NCBI GenBank assembly: GCA_031400935.1
Contig: JANNQV010000022.1
Location: forward strand, 1-64,000
DNA length: 64,000 nucleotides
DNA from: Armatimonadota bacterium
GTDB lineage: Bacteria > Armatimonadota > Fimbriimonadia > Fimbriimonadales > Fimbriimonadaceae
Reading direction: 5' to 3'
The notes beneath the pieces were generated by a model that saw only the letters and a program-made list of their open reading frames with translations, was not told the DNA's origin and did not search any database. Made by a program: the position numbers and the translations under genes. Positions 9,793 to 19,518 of the stretch are shown one piece after another (position 1 is the first letter of the stretch; every line of letters starts with the position of its first letter).

Positions 9793-10983
9793 TTACGAAC
9801 GACTGACCCGCCAAATCGTGTGTCCATGCTCGTCCGCGATCAGGAGCGCACCATCATTTGCAACAACTGCGCATGACGGGCGGCCCCAAACTTGCTGCTT
9901 CATTCGATCTGGAACCCAGCCAACGACAAAGTCTTCGTAAACTGGGTTCAGTTTGCCGTTGGGGAAACGAACTCGGACGATTTTGTATCCTGTTCGTGGA
10001 ACCCTATTCGTTGATCCTCGCATGGCTACAAACATATCGCCGCGGAATTCGGTCGGAAACATTGAACCGTTGTAAAAAGCAAACGACAGCGGAATCGAAT
10101 GAGGTTCAACGAGCAATTCTGGAACCGTCACATCTGTTCGTGGCGGTTTCTTGCCCTTGTTGAGAGGGTCAATGTTCTTGCCAATGTAAAACCACGGCCA
10201 ACCAAAAAACTGGCCTTCTTTTATTCGAGTTATGTAATCGGGCGGTGTGTTGTGGCCCAAAAAATCGCGCTCGATACACGATGTCCAGAGTTCATTGGTG
10301 CCCGGACGATATCCGATCCCGACCGGATTTCGGATTCCCGATGCGATGAGTTTTTGATCCTTTCCGTCTGGCGTGTAGCTAAGAACCGTACCGCGAGGGA
10401 ACGGCTCAAGGTCGTCGTTTGTCGCAGAACCAACTGTGACGATCATCCGGCTTCCATCAGGTGAGAAGGCTATATTTCGCGTCCAATGCATGTTGTAACC
10501 GGGCTTGGCGGGCAAATCTGGAATCACGATTTCTGCCTTGCCTTCGGCCTTGAGCTGGCCAGATGCATATCTGTATCGAATCACATTTCCCGTATTTGCG
10601 ATGTAAAGGTAATCGCCATGAAACGCTATGCCATGCGGCCCTCGCAACCCCGAACAATAGAGCCTCGTGGTCTCAGCGATTCCATCTCCATCGGCATCGC
10701 GAAGAGCTCGAACACGGGCGGCTTCGGCTTCCACAACAAAGACATCTCCATTCGGAGCAACCGCCATGTTTCGCGGGAAGAACATGCTTGTCGCAAATGG
10801 CTTGATCTTGAAACCTGGCGGAACTTTGAGCGGCGGCAATCCTTTCCCTCTGATGATTTTCGGGATGGACAATACCGATTTTGAAGGCTTGGCGAGTTTC
10901 TTTGGATTGACATAGTGCTTCTGGCCGACCTTATCGTCGAACTTGGCTTGTCCGATCACCATACAGATAATTACAAGTGTCAT
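9793..10983 (-). CDS. PQQ-dependent sugar / L-sorbosone dehydrogenase family protein
   Basis: VPPGFKI..FA..PRNMAVAPNGD, GIRNPVG, FFGWP, GRP..DGALLIAD. Confidence 0.85.
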   Translation of the reverse strand: MTLVIICMVIGQAKFDDKVGQKHYVNPKKLAKPSKSVLSIPKIIRGKGLPPLKVPPGFKIKPFATSMFFPRNMAVAPNGDVFVVEAEAARVRALRDADGDGIAETTRLYCSGLRGPHGIAFHGDYLYIANTGNVIRYRYASGQLKAEGKAEIVIPDLPAKPGYNMHWTRNIAFSPDGSRMIVTVGSATNDDLEPFPRGTVLSYTPDGKDQKLIASGIRNPVGIGYRPGTNELWTSCIERDFLGHNTPPDYITRIKEGQFFGWPWFYIGKNIDPLNKGKKPPRTDVTVPELLVEPHSIPLSFAFYNGSMFPTEFRGDMFVAMRGSTNRVPRTGYKIVRVRFPNGKLNPVYEDFVVGWVPDRMKQQVWGRPSCAVVANDGALLIADEHGHTIWRVSRS

Positions 10984-11007
10984 GAGATTTTTCGCAGCTG
11001 CGGGGCA

Positions 11008-11604
11008 TTATTTTCGCTTCAAGAGGGGCTCGCTCAGCCGAAGAATCGTTTTCGCCAAAATGTCGAACTCTACGTTTACAAGATCACCTGATGCTCGAGA
11101 TTTTAGATTCGTATTCTCCAACGTGTGAGGAATGATCGCGGATCGAAACTTATTGCCATTTGGCTCGATTACTGTTAAAGAAATGCCGTCAATACAAACG
11201 GATCCCTTGTCCACCAATAGAGGCACGTACTCTTCTGGCACTTGAAAGTCAAACAACACGCTTCCTTCGGCTTCAGACCTTGCAACAACCTTGCCCATGC
11301 AATCAATATGTCCTTGAACGATGTGCCCGCCAATTCGGTCGCTGAGCCTTAGTGCTCGTTCCAGATTAATGCGTTGCTTTGGCTTCAGTTTGCTAAACGA
11401 TGTCCGCGCGAGGGTTTCTTCGCTAAGATCAAAGCGGATTTGCGAGGGTGCCATGTCGGCGACAGTAAGACAGCATCCATTGACCGCAACGCTTTCGCCA
11501 AGAACCAGTGGGTCATTCGGCCACGCATCTCCATAACTCACCCATATCGAATAGCGAGAACTTTCGGCGAGCTGACCGACTGCCTGCACTAAGCCCGTAA
11601 ACAT
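11008..11604 (-). CDS. ribE: Riboflavin synthase (alpha chain)
   Basis: MFTGLV, GESVAVNGCCLTV, NLERAL..GGHIVQGHID, IPHT..T. Confidence 0.95.
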   Translation of the reverse strand: MFTGLVQAVGQLAESSRYSIWVSYGDAWPNDPLVLGESVAVNGCCLTVADMAPSQIRFDLSEETLARTSFSKLKPKQRINLERALRLSDRIGGHIVQGHIDCMGKVVARSEAEGSVLFDFQVPEEYVPLLVDKGSVCIDGISLTVIEPNGNKFRSAIIPHTLENTNLKSRASGDLVNVEFDILAKTILRLSEPLLKRK

Positions 11605-11644
11605 CGTCTCAGACTACCTCCAACAGTTACCAGTGCACGAAAAC

Positions 11645-13750
11645 TCAGATTTGGTAACTTCCTGCCTCGAATTCTCGTGTTTCGCGTTTCCATAAGAGTT
11701 CGAAATACACAGGGCAAACAATCTTTAGGTTCCCATTCTCCAATTCAACTTCGATATCACCAGAAGGATGAGGAATGACAGCCTTGAAATATGAAAGCGA
11801 ACCTGGACGAGGCGCGATTCGGACTTTCGACCATCCGGGTGCGATACTTGTAACACCAGCGACCAATTGAAGCAAGCCAAGCGGTGGATGCGCTGACCAG
11901 CCATGGCAATCGGAACGGGTCGGTTCGGGGGTTTCAGGGGTTGTAGTGAGTCCAAGTGAGAGCATTTCTCGCCACGGACTTAGGAGCGAAACATAGTCCT
12001 CTGGTTGCATCCCGACGTGCTTTACGCATTGCCAAAAATAGGTGCATCTGGGCGCAATTTCGAGGATTGCTTCATCCCATGGATCGGGCTCCAGCCCCGA
12101 AAGGGTTTGAAAGTACCGCCAGAGGGCTTCAGCGTGTTCGGTTGGGTTTGTGGTTGAAATAGGACGGATAGGACTTATAGGACTTATTTGTCCTATACCT
12201 TCTACTGATCCCTGCAACTGCCCAAAGCACCACTTCGCGATCTCGAACAAAACCAAATGCATTTCCGCATTCGGCCCGCCTGGAGGCACTCCCCATTTCC
12301 ATTCTGGAACCCAATCCCCAAAGCACCAAAACGGCTCCAATTCGCCGTCACACACTCTTTGATAGGCTTCCAAAACTCCACGTGCACCATGAAGATACGG
12401 CTTTGGATCAAATCCAGGATCGTGCATCCAAGCGTCGCAAATCATCACAATCCACCACAGGCTGAATGGCGGGATCACCTGCATTTGCCTGCTTGGGTAG
12501 CGAGATTGAGTAAGCCCGTTTTCCAAAATGGACCAATGAAATTGTTCTATGGCGTTTCGCTGGAGAGTCCGATCTCGAGAAAGGTAGTAGCCTATTAAAG
12601 CTTGAAGCCTGGTGTCGCCAATGTATTGAAGCTGTTCGTAATAGGGGCAGTCGTAATAGGTATCTCCTGCACAGAGCTTTAGAGTTCGAACGCACATATC
12701 CCAAATGGGTTGCACTGTTGCCTCATCGCAATCAAATGAGGCTTCGCACGAGAATAGAGTTTCCGCTGGTTCTACCCCGCAGAAGCAAAGTTCTACGTCA
12801 CGTGTTGTGACAAACCGAATGTATCGGAACGTACGAAGCCAATTAGGCCGAAACTGGAACACGCCAGGTTCAATTATGCAAACCAAATCAGCATATCCGC
12901 GAATTTCTTTGCTAAACAGCTCATTACGGTCACCCTTAATGCCATTTTCGTCAACGGGCGATTCAGCATAGATAACACGAACTTCTGTGAGCGCTGTTGC
13001 ATTGAATTCGAATGTCGGATAGCCAACGATCAATTCTCCAAAATCGAGAATCAAGTCTTTGTCCTTCAATGCAGTCACTTGGCTTTCGAAAGATTCGAAG
13101 TTGTCCAAACGCGTGTCTTGAAATGCACGGATTGGCAATATCAATTCATCCGAAGGAATCATTGAGATTGAGGCTGGAATAAGTGCCCACGCCGACCCAC
13201 CTCCGGGCTCACCACGAAGCTCCGGGCGGCAAATCGGGTGGACAGGATACCAATCGGACCACTTAGAGGGACAATGGAAGATTTCGCCCGGACCAACATC
13301 AATGTAGTATTCGCCCACACCTTCATTCATCATTTTGAATAGGTTGCCCAATATCCATCGAAAACGCCATTGGTTTGGGGTAGATAGAAAACCAAAGGCC
13401 TCTTCTGCTTCTAATAGGAAGGCATTTCTTGCTGAAAGCTGCGCCATTGGAGCCAACCAGCCAGAATTTGTCAGAACTGAAGTTATCTGGTTCGAGCCAC
13501 TTTTCAGGAATGTAGCAATGTCAATCTCGTGATAGTGCCAATGGCGCACGTCGCCCCTCTGCGGGCCACGAAGAACCAGGTTGCCGTTTACAAACAGGGT
13601 GAAGCGTTGATCGCCCGACACACGAACATTTAGTTTTTTGGGAACGGCTTGCAACTCGAAGTCAAGCCCAAATTCTGTCACACCGAAGTCTTCGCGCGGT
13701 CCTTCATGTGAACCAACCCACCACGCAGTAAACGGCTTGCCAGCTTCCAT
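11645..13750 (-). CDS. Alpha-L-rhamnosidase-like glycoside hydrolase (GH78-like)
   Basis: DCPYYEQLQYIGD, FGDW, RSDCHGWSAHP, PGWSKVRIAP; start uncertain (13750/13753/13807). Confidence 0.8.
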   Translation of the reverse strand: MEAGKPFTAWWVGSHEGPREDFGVTEFGLDFELQAVPKKLNVRVSGDQRFTLFVNGNLVLRGPQRGDVRHWHYHEIDIATFLKSGSNQITSVLTNSGWLAPMAQLSARNAFLLEAEEAFGFLSTPNQWRFRWILGNLFKMMNEGVGEYYIDVGPGEIFHCPSKWSDWYPVHPICRPELRGEPGGGSAWALIPASISMIPSDELILPIRAFQDTRLDNFESFESQVTALKDKDLILDFGELIVGYPTFEFNATALTEVRVIYAESPVDENGIKGDRNELFSKEIRGYADLVCIIEPGVFQFRPNWLRTFRYIRFVTTRDVELCFCGVEPAETLFSCEASFDCDEATVQPIWDMCVRTLKLCAGDTYYDCPYYEQLQYIGDTRLQALIGYYLSRDRTLQRNAIEQFHWSILENGLTQSRYPSRQMQVIPPFSLWWIVMICDAWMHDPGFDPKPYLHGARGVLEAYQRVCDGELEPFWCFGDWVPEWKWGVPPGGPNAEMHLVLFEIAKWCFGQLQGSVEGIGQISPISPIRPISTTNPTEHAEALWRYFQTLSGLEPDPWDEAILEIAPRCTYFWQCVKHVGMQPEDYVSLLSPWREMLSLGLTTTPETPEPTRSDCHGWSAHPPLGLLQLVAGVTSIAPGWSKVRIAPRPGSLSYFKAVIPHPSGDIEVELENGNLKIVCPVYFELLWKRETREFEAGSYQI

Positions 13751-13849
13751 CACTCTTGATTCTGGGTGGGATGGCTGTCGTCCTGCATTGCTATCCAATT
13801 CGCACACTATTCACAAGGGCTTGCGGGTGATGTTGGCAAGCTACAAATC

Positions 13850-13954
13850 TCTCGCAAAGGTGCAAAGCTCGCAAAGCGAAACCCAAGCAAGACCTTGAAC
13901 CGCTGGCTAAGAACAAGTGAATCCGAACTTTGCGAGATTTGCGCCTTTGCGAGA
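13850..13954. repeat. Long inverted repeat of CGCAAAG units
   Basis: 27-bp arms 13850-13876 and 13928-13954 (2 mismatches); related copy at 61518-61659. Confidence 0.75.
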
Positions 13955-14023
13955 AAACAAGGGAATGGCTCTTCGAAATTGCTATCAGCCTTTCTATGAA
14001 ATGCGCGGGTAGGCTCGAAAAAC

Positions 14024-15169
14024 ATGAGCGCGCTATCCAACCTCGCCAAAATCATTCCCGTTTGCACAAAGCGAGTTTCCAGCTACGACAGAACAGGTGG
14101 AAACCGTGACCACGCCGATGTTCCCGCCCGAGAAACGATAACTCTTTGCGACATCGGGGGTGCAGGGATCATCACCCACATTTGGATCACGATAAGTTCG
14201 AAAGATGAACTTTGCAGAAAGAATCTAGTGCTCCGAGTGTATTGGGACGGGCAAAAACACCCAAGCGTGGAAGCACCCATCGGCGACTTTTTTGGACAAG
14301 GTTGGGGATTGAAATATAACTACGTTTCTTGGCCTTTGGCCGCCGCACCGAGGGATGGAAACGCATTGGTCTGCTATTTTCATATGCCGTTTGGGAAGGG
14401 AGCGCGGATTACCGTAGAAAATGAAAGTGATATTGCCTGCGGAGCCCTTTATTACTATGTTGACTACGAAGAACACGCTTCCATTGGCGAAGATGTCGGT
14501 AGGTTTCACGCTTGGTACAACCAAGAAATCACGAAGCCAGAATCGGATTTTGGAGACCGAGAAAACGAATGGTCAATTTTCGGCGAAACTCCAAAAAACC
14601 CGTCAGATGCCAACAACTACCTGCTCTGCGAAGCTGAAGGGGCAGGGCATTTTGTCGGCGTGAATTACTATGTCCATTCGCCAACACCCGTATGGTACGG
14701 CGAAGGGGACGACATGTTTCAAATTGACGGCGAACCTTGGCCGGGCTCGGCTCACGGAACCGGAACCGAGGACTATTTCAACCAAAGTTGGAGCCCCGAC
14801 GAGGTGTATTGCCATCCCTATTTCGGAACGGCTTATGCCCCGGGCCGAAACAACGACGACCCACTTTTTGGCTGGCTAGGGCGAACCCACTGCTACCGAT
14901 TTCATATTGAAGACCCGATTCGGTTTCAAAAAGGTATTCGGGCATCCATTGAGCACGGCCATGCGAATGTTCTGACTCTAGAGCTGGCTACTGTTGCCTA
15001 TTGGTACCAAACGTTGCCCTCGAAACCGTTCCCTGAATTCCCGTCCGCAGAAAAACGCAAGCCGCTTCCTAAAATCGAGCCAGTCAACGTCCACGTATGG
15101 CGGGACGCCTGGCGCGAAAAGCTAAAGGGCGGGAAATTGTGGCGGGCGGGCGATGAAGTCGTAGATTGA
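14024..15169 (+). CDS. DUF2961 / GH172-family glycoside hydrolase
   Basis: SSYDRTGGNRD, GAGIITHIWIT, PIGDFFG, WYGEGDD, GTGTEDYFN, YRFHIEDPI. Confidence 0.9.
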   Translation: MSALSNLAKIIPVCTKRVSSYDRTGGNRDHADVPARETITLCDIGGAGIITHIWITISSKDELCRKNLVLRVYWDGQKHPSVEAPIGDFFGQGWGLKYNYVSWPLAAAPRDGNALVCYFHMPFGKGARITVENESDIACGALYYYVDYEEHASIGEDVGRFHAWYNQEITKPESDFGDRENEWSIFGETPKNPSDANNYLLCEAEGAGHFVGVNYYVHSPTPVWYGEGDDMFQIDGEPWPGSAHGTGTEDYFNQSWSPDEVYCHPYFGTAYAPGRNNDDPLFGWLGRTHCYRFHIEDPIRFQKGIRASIEHGHANVLTLELATVAYWYQTLPSKPFPEFPSAEKRKPLPKIEPVNVHVWRDAWREKLKGGKLWRAGDEVVD

Positions 15170-15174
15170 TTGCT

Positions 15175-15438
15175 TTGGGTGTGCTTAGGAGCATCCCGCC
15201 GCTTTTTCCAGTACTAAATCTCGACAAAGATTCTCCATGTCTTTGAGAAAATGAAATTTAGGAGAATTCCGAGAAATGGCACTACGAAAAACACTTTTGA
15301 CGGTTTTGTCCCAGCAAAGCTGAATATCGGCTTTCTCTGACTTCTAGTTAGCTAAAGCGGCGAGATGCTCGCACGCACTCCCAAAAAATTCGCACAACAA
15401 ATGATGTAAAGCGCCGAGATGCACGCACGCACTCCCAA
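15175..15438. repeat. Three REP-like copies (TTGGGAGTGCG...CGCTTT family)
   Basis: 15175-15205 is inverted to 15354-15384; direct copy at 15408-15438. Confidence 0.75.
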
Positions 15439-15506
15439 AAACCGCAACCCAATTACCAGGGCATTCGTTCCATAATGAATTCACCAGATTTTGGAGGAGT
15501 TTTATC

Positions 15507-18500
15507 TTGACATCGTTGCTTCTTTCTGCCTTGACTACGCTTTCCCTTGGCCAGGTCCAAACCGACTTGCGCCTCTTGCGCTACCCCGACATCAACGGCG
15601 ATTCCGTCGTGTTTACCTATGCTGGCGATCTTTGGAAATGGACCGGAAGCGGTCTTTCACAGCGCTTGACTACGCACCCCGGCGAAGAATTTCGCGCAAA
15701 GTTCTCGCCTGATGGGAAATGGATCGTATTTACAGGCGTCTATGACGGGAATCCAGACCTTTACGTCATTCCGTCAGTCGGTGGTGAACCAAAACGCCTC
15801 ACATTCGAGTCTGGAGCAGACTACGCGCTTGACTGGACTCCAGAGGGAAAGATTGCCTACATCACCAACTACGGTGGCTTCAAGGGGCAAATCCCGCGCC
15901 TTTTGACAGTTGATCCAAAAGGTGGAATTCCTGAAACCACTCCAATCTTAGAAATTCATCAAGGAACGATTTCAGCCGATGGCAATACCGTCGTTTACCA
16001 ACGTTTCCCAGGTTCAGCCCAGTGGTGGAGGAACTACAGAGGGGGAATGCAGCCTTACATAAGCCTTTACAACCTAAAGACCAACACATATTCCGAATTG
16101 CCCCACAAGCGCGAAATGTCCGCGTTCCCGATGTCCATCGGCAATTCTGTCTATTTCATCAGCGACAAGAACCTTCGAACGATGAACCTGTACAAGTACG
16201 ATTTAGGTTCAAAACGCGAATCGCAGCTAACAGAATTTATGGACGCCGACATTCGGTGGCCGTCAAACGATGGCAAATCAATTGCATTCGAGCGCGACGG
16301 CTTGCTCTACAAATTTGATGTCGCGTCCGGAAAAGTTGAGGCGATCAAACCTGCAATCGTTTCGGACAATTGGGGTTCACGTCAACAGCTTCGCAAACTT
16401 GAGACCAATATTGATGGGTTCTCACTTTCACCAAGTGGAAATCGAATCGCAATCATGGCGCGAGGCGAGCTTTTCAGCGTTCCCGCTAAGAATGGCGAAA
16501 CTCGAAATTTGACGGAAACCTCGGGTGCGCGAGAAAGAATTCCAGCTTGGTCGCCTGATGGAAAGACTATTGCCTATTTCAGCGACGTCTCAGGCGACAA
16601 TCAGCTTTATGTTCGACCGCAAATGGGCGGCGAAGCCACTCAGCTAACCACTGCTGCAAGCCTTAATCCGCTTGCCGTCACCTGGTCTCCAGATGGGAAA
16701 TACATCACTATTACGACACGCGACTATGGACTTTACATGGTCGAGGTTGGGGTCAAAAAGCTGACAACGGTTGTGAAGGACAAGTATCAGGGAATCCCAA
16801 ATTCCGCATGGTCGCCTGACAGCAAGTGGATTGCAATGGTTGAAAATGACGTCAAGCAATACGGTCGCGTAAAGCTGTACGAAGTTGCAACGGGCCAATC
16901 CACGCAAGTTACCGATGGCTCTTTCCCTGATGTGGACGTAGCTTTTGACGCTTCTGGAAAGTACTTGTACTTTGTTTCAAATCGCACTTTCTCGCCATCC
17001 TTTGGCTTGTTTGAGTTTAGTTTGAAAGTGGAAGACGCAGCACGAATTTATGCGATCCCACTTACGAAAGACCTTCCAAACCCATTCCAATTGCCAGTTG
17101 ATGAAGAAAATGCAGCTGCGGCGGTACCGCCCGCTCCTGGTCCTGTCACCGTGAAAATAGATTGGGCTGGCCTTGCGGAAAGGGCGTTGCCTCTCCCTGT
17201 TCCAGCTTCAAATTACGGACTGATTGCGGGTCTAAGCGAAGGATTGCTTTTTGCTGGCCCTGGCGGTTTGCAAAAGTTTGACATGCGTTCCCGCGAAATT
17301 CAAACCATTTTTGCTTTCCCGTCACAGATTTCGTTGAATCCTGCAAATACCAAGATCGCGTTTTCAAACGGCGGTCAAATTTATATTCAAGATTTACGGC
17401 CTGGATTGGCACCCGGCGCAGGCCGTGTGAGCTTGAGCAACGTTGAAATGGTCGTTGATCCACGCGCCGAATGGAAGCAAATGTTTTGGGAAGTTTGGCG
17501 ATACGAACGCGACTTCTTTTATAACGGAGCCATGAACGGAGCCGATTGGGCTGCGATTGGCAAGCAATACGAGCGATACCTTCCGTCAATCAACAATCGG
17601 CTGGACATCGCGTATGTTCTCGGTTTGCTGATTGGCGAATTGGAAACAGGACACGCATACGTTCAAGGGTTCGGCTCGCCGAACCCAAATCCCGTGCCAA
17701 CAGGGCTATTGGGTGCCGATTATGAAGTGTCAAACGGCAAGGTTCGGTTCAAGAAAATCTATCCCGGCGCGAACTACGAAGAGTCTCTGCGGGCACCGCT
17801 CGGTGAGCCTGGACTTGGCATTGCCGAAGGCGAATATCTGCTTGCCATAGACGGAAAGCCGGTTTCAGCCTCTACGAATCCTCATGCGCTTCTGGTTGGA
17901 AAAGTGGGGCGGACTGTTGTGCTAACTGTTAACACTACGCCTTCGGATACTGGAGCGCGAACGGTTCGCGTTCGTCCAGTGGCGGACGAATCCGCGATTC
18001 GATACACCGAATGGGTGGAATCGAATCGAAGGATGGTCGAGAAGCTCGGTGGAGGCCGGATCGGCTATTTCCATGTCACAAACACTTCTACCGATGGAGC
18101 CGTAGGCATCATCAAAGGCTTTTTCGGCAACACCGACAAGGAAGCCCTGCTCGTAGACGAGCGATACAACGGCGGCGGATTTATTCAGCCGTGGTTTGTG
18201 GATACATTGGGACGCACGACCAAAGCCAAAGTCGTGGATCGAAACGGTGTTGACTGGAACGATGCAGTTTCCATTGAGGGACCGAAAGCATTGCTCATTA
18301 ACGGCTATGCCGGTTCAGGCGGCGACTTCTTCCCGTTCCTATTCCGCCAGGCTAAACTTGGAGCGCTCATTGGAATGCGAACATGGGGCGGTTTGGTAGG
18401 AATTCGTGGAGGCATTCCGCTCATTGATGGCGGTTCAGTTACCGCTCCAGAATTCGGAATCTACGACCAAAAGAATGGCGAGTTCATCGCTGAAAACAAG

Positions 18501-18659
18501 GGCGTTGATCCTGACATCGAAGTTGACCTTCGACCCGATATGTTGGTTCAAGGGCGCGACCTTCAAATCGAGCGAGGCGTCGCTCATTTGCTTGAAGAAC
18601 TGAAGAAATACAAGCCTGTTTCGAAACGGCCGTCATTTCCAAAGATTCCGCCGAAGTAA
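15507..18659 (+). CDS. Tricorn protease-like S41 peptidase (beta-propellers + PDZ)
   Basis: PD40-like FSPDGK repeats, EWKQMF.E.WR, DERYNGGG, AGSGGD, RTWGG; TTG start with GGAGG SD. Confidence 0.93.
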   Translation: MTSLLLSALTTLSLGQVQTDLRLLRYPDINGDSVVFTYAGDLWKWTGSGLSQRLTTHPGEEFRAKFSPDGKWIVFTGVYDGNPDLYVIPSVGGEPKRLTFESGADYALDWTPEGKIAYITNYGGFKGQIPRLLTVDPKGGIPETTPILEIHQGTISADGNTVVYQRFPGSAQWWRNYRGGMQPYISLYNLKTNTYSELPHKREMSAFPMSIGNSVYFISDKNLRTMNLYKYDLGSKRESQLTEFMDADIRWPSNDGKSIAFERDGLLYKFDVASGKVEAIKPAIVSDNWGSRQQLRKLETNIDGFSLSPSGNRIAIMARGELFSVPAKNGETRNLTETSGARERIPAWSPDGKTIAYFSDVSGDNQLYVRPQMGGEATQLTTAASLNPLAVTWSPDGKYITITTRDYGLYMVEVGVKKLTTVVKDKYQGIPNSAWSPDSKWIAMVENDVKQYGRVKLYEVATGQSTQVTDGSFPDVDVAFDASGKYLYFVSNRTFSPSFGLFEFSLKVEDAARIYAIPLTKDLPNPFQLPVDEENAAAAVPPAPGPVTVKIDWAGLAERALPLPVPASNYGLIAGLSEGLLFAGPGGLQKFDMRSREIQTIFAFPSQISLNPANTKIAFSNGGQIYIQDLRPGLAPGAGRVSLSNVEMVVDPRAEWKQMFWEVWRYERDFFYNGAMNGADWAAIGKQYERYLPSINNRLDIAYVLGLLIGELETGHAYVQGFGSPNPNPVPTGLLGADYEVSNGKVRFKKIYPGANYEESLRAPLGEPGLGIAEGEYLLAIDGKPVSASTNPHALLVGKVGRTVVLTVNTTPSDTGARTVRVRPVADESAIRYTEWVESNRRMVEKLGGGRIGYFHVTNTSTDGAVGIIKGFFGNTDKEALLVDERYNGGGFIQPWFVDTLGRTTKAKVVDRNGVDWNDAVSIEGPKALLINGYAGSGGDFFPFLFRQAKLGALIGMRTWGGLVGIRGGIPLIDGGSVTAPEFGIYDQKNGEFIAENKGVDPDIEVDLRPDMLVQGRDLQIERGVAHLLEELKKYKPVSKRPSFPKIPPK

Positions 18660-18664
18660 AGGAA

Positions 18665-18760
18665 GGGTACGGGGTTTGGGGTTTAGGGTAAAGAGCTATA
18701 TGGTGAAACTATGCAACTCTGATTATCTCGACCCCATACCCTAAACCCCATACCCCAAAT
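18665..18760. repeat. Inverted pair of heptamer arrays (GGGTTTG-type / CCCCATA-type)
   Basis: GGGTACG GGGTTTG GGGTTTA GGGTAAA ... CCCCATA CCCTAAA CCCCATA CCCCAAA. Confidence 0.75.
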
Positions 18761-19393
18761 ATGACCGGCCACATCGGAATTGACGAAAGCGGCAAGGGCG
18801 ACTATTTTGGCCCTCTTGTAATTGCTGCGTGTTATGTTGCTGACTGGCACATGGCAGAACTTGATGGCGTCAAAGATTCGAAAAAACTAACTGACAAACT
18901 GGCATTGCAGCTTTCAGACGTCATAAAGCGCACCTGCCCGCATAGCATTGTTGCGATCGGTCCGGAAAAGTACAACGAGCTTCACAGCAAGCACAAGAAT
19001 TTGAACAAGATTCTTTCATGGGGTCATGCTCAGGCTATCGAAAATGTGCTCAAAATTCAAGAATCTGAATTTGCCATTTCGGATCGCTTTGGCGATTCCT
19101 CGACTATTGAGTGGCTGCTAAAACAAAAGGGATTGACAGTACGACTCGAATCCAAAGTTCGGGCTGAAGAAGATATTGCCGTTGCAGCAGCTTCGATTTT
19201 GGCTCGGGCAGAGTTTCTGCGCAGACTCAAACGCTTGAGTGAAGATGGTGGGATTGATTTGCCAAAGGGGGCGTCGAGTGCCGTTATCGAAGCAGGAAAA
19301 CGTGTTCTCGCTAAGCATGGCGAAGCAGGTTTACGGCGATTCGCCAAAGTTCATTTTAAGACGACTGAAAGTGTTCTCAACTTGCAGATTTAG
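18761..19393 (+). CDS. rnhC: Ribonuclease HIII, catalytic domain only
   Basis: IGIDESGKGDYFGPLV, VKDSKKL, AVAAASILAR, LPKGAS, AKVHFKT. Confidence 0.85.
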   Translation: MTGHIGIDESGKGDYFGPLVIAACYVADWHMAELDGVKDSKKLTDKLALQLSDVIKRTCPHSIVAIGPEKYNELHSKHKNLNKILSWGHAQAIENVLKIQESEFAISDRFGDSSTIEWLLKQKGLTVRLESKVRAEEDIAVAAASILARAEFLRRLKRLSEDGGIDLPKGASSAVIEAGKRVLAKHGEAGLRRFAKVHFKTTESVLNLQI

Positions 19394-19408
19394 CGAGGTT
19401 GCATGACG

Positions 19409-19504
19409 ATGTGGCTCGACCGTCCCGGTCGAGAAAGCCGATCCGTACAGCCAGAAATGGGCGGGACGCCCATTTCACACTCGACCGAGACGGTCGAGTC
19501 ACAT
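19409..19504. repeat. REPIN-like multi-hairpin cassette, copy 1
   Basis: ATGTGGCTCGACCGTCCCGGTCGAG ... ATGGGCGGGACGCCCAT ... CTCGACCGAGACGGTCGAGTCACAT. Confidence 0.85.
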
Positions 19505-19518
19505 TCCGGATCATGGGA

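Noticed and set aside
11605..11644. FMN riboswitch upstream of ribE
   Set aside because: Intergenic gap is only 40 bp and has no RFN motif
15354..15438. 31-bp direct repeat with 23-bp spacer as a mini-CRISPR
   Set aside because: Only two direct copies, an inverted copy upstream and no cas genes; fits REP better
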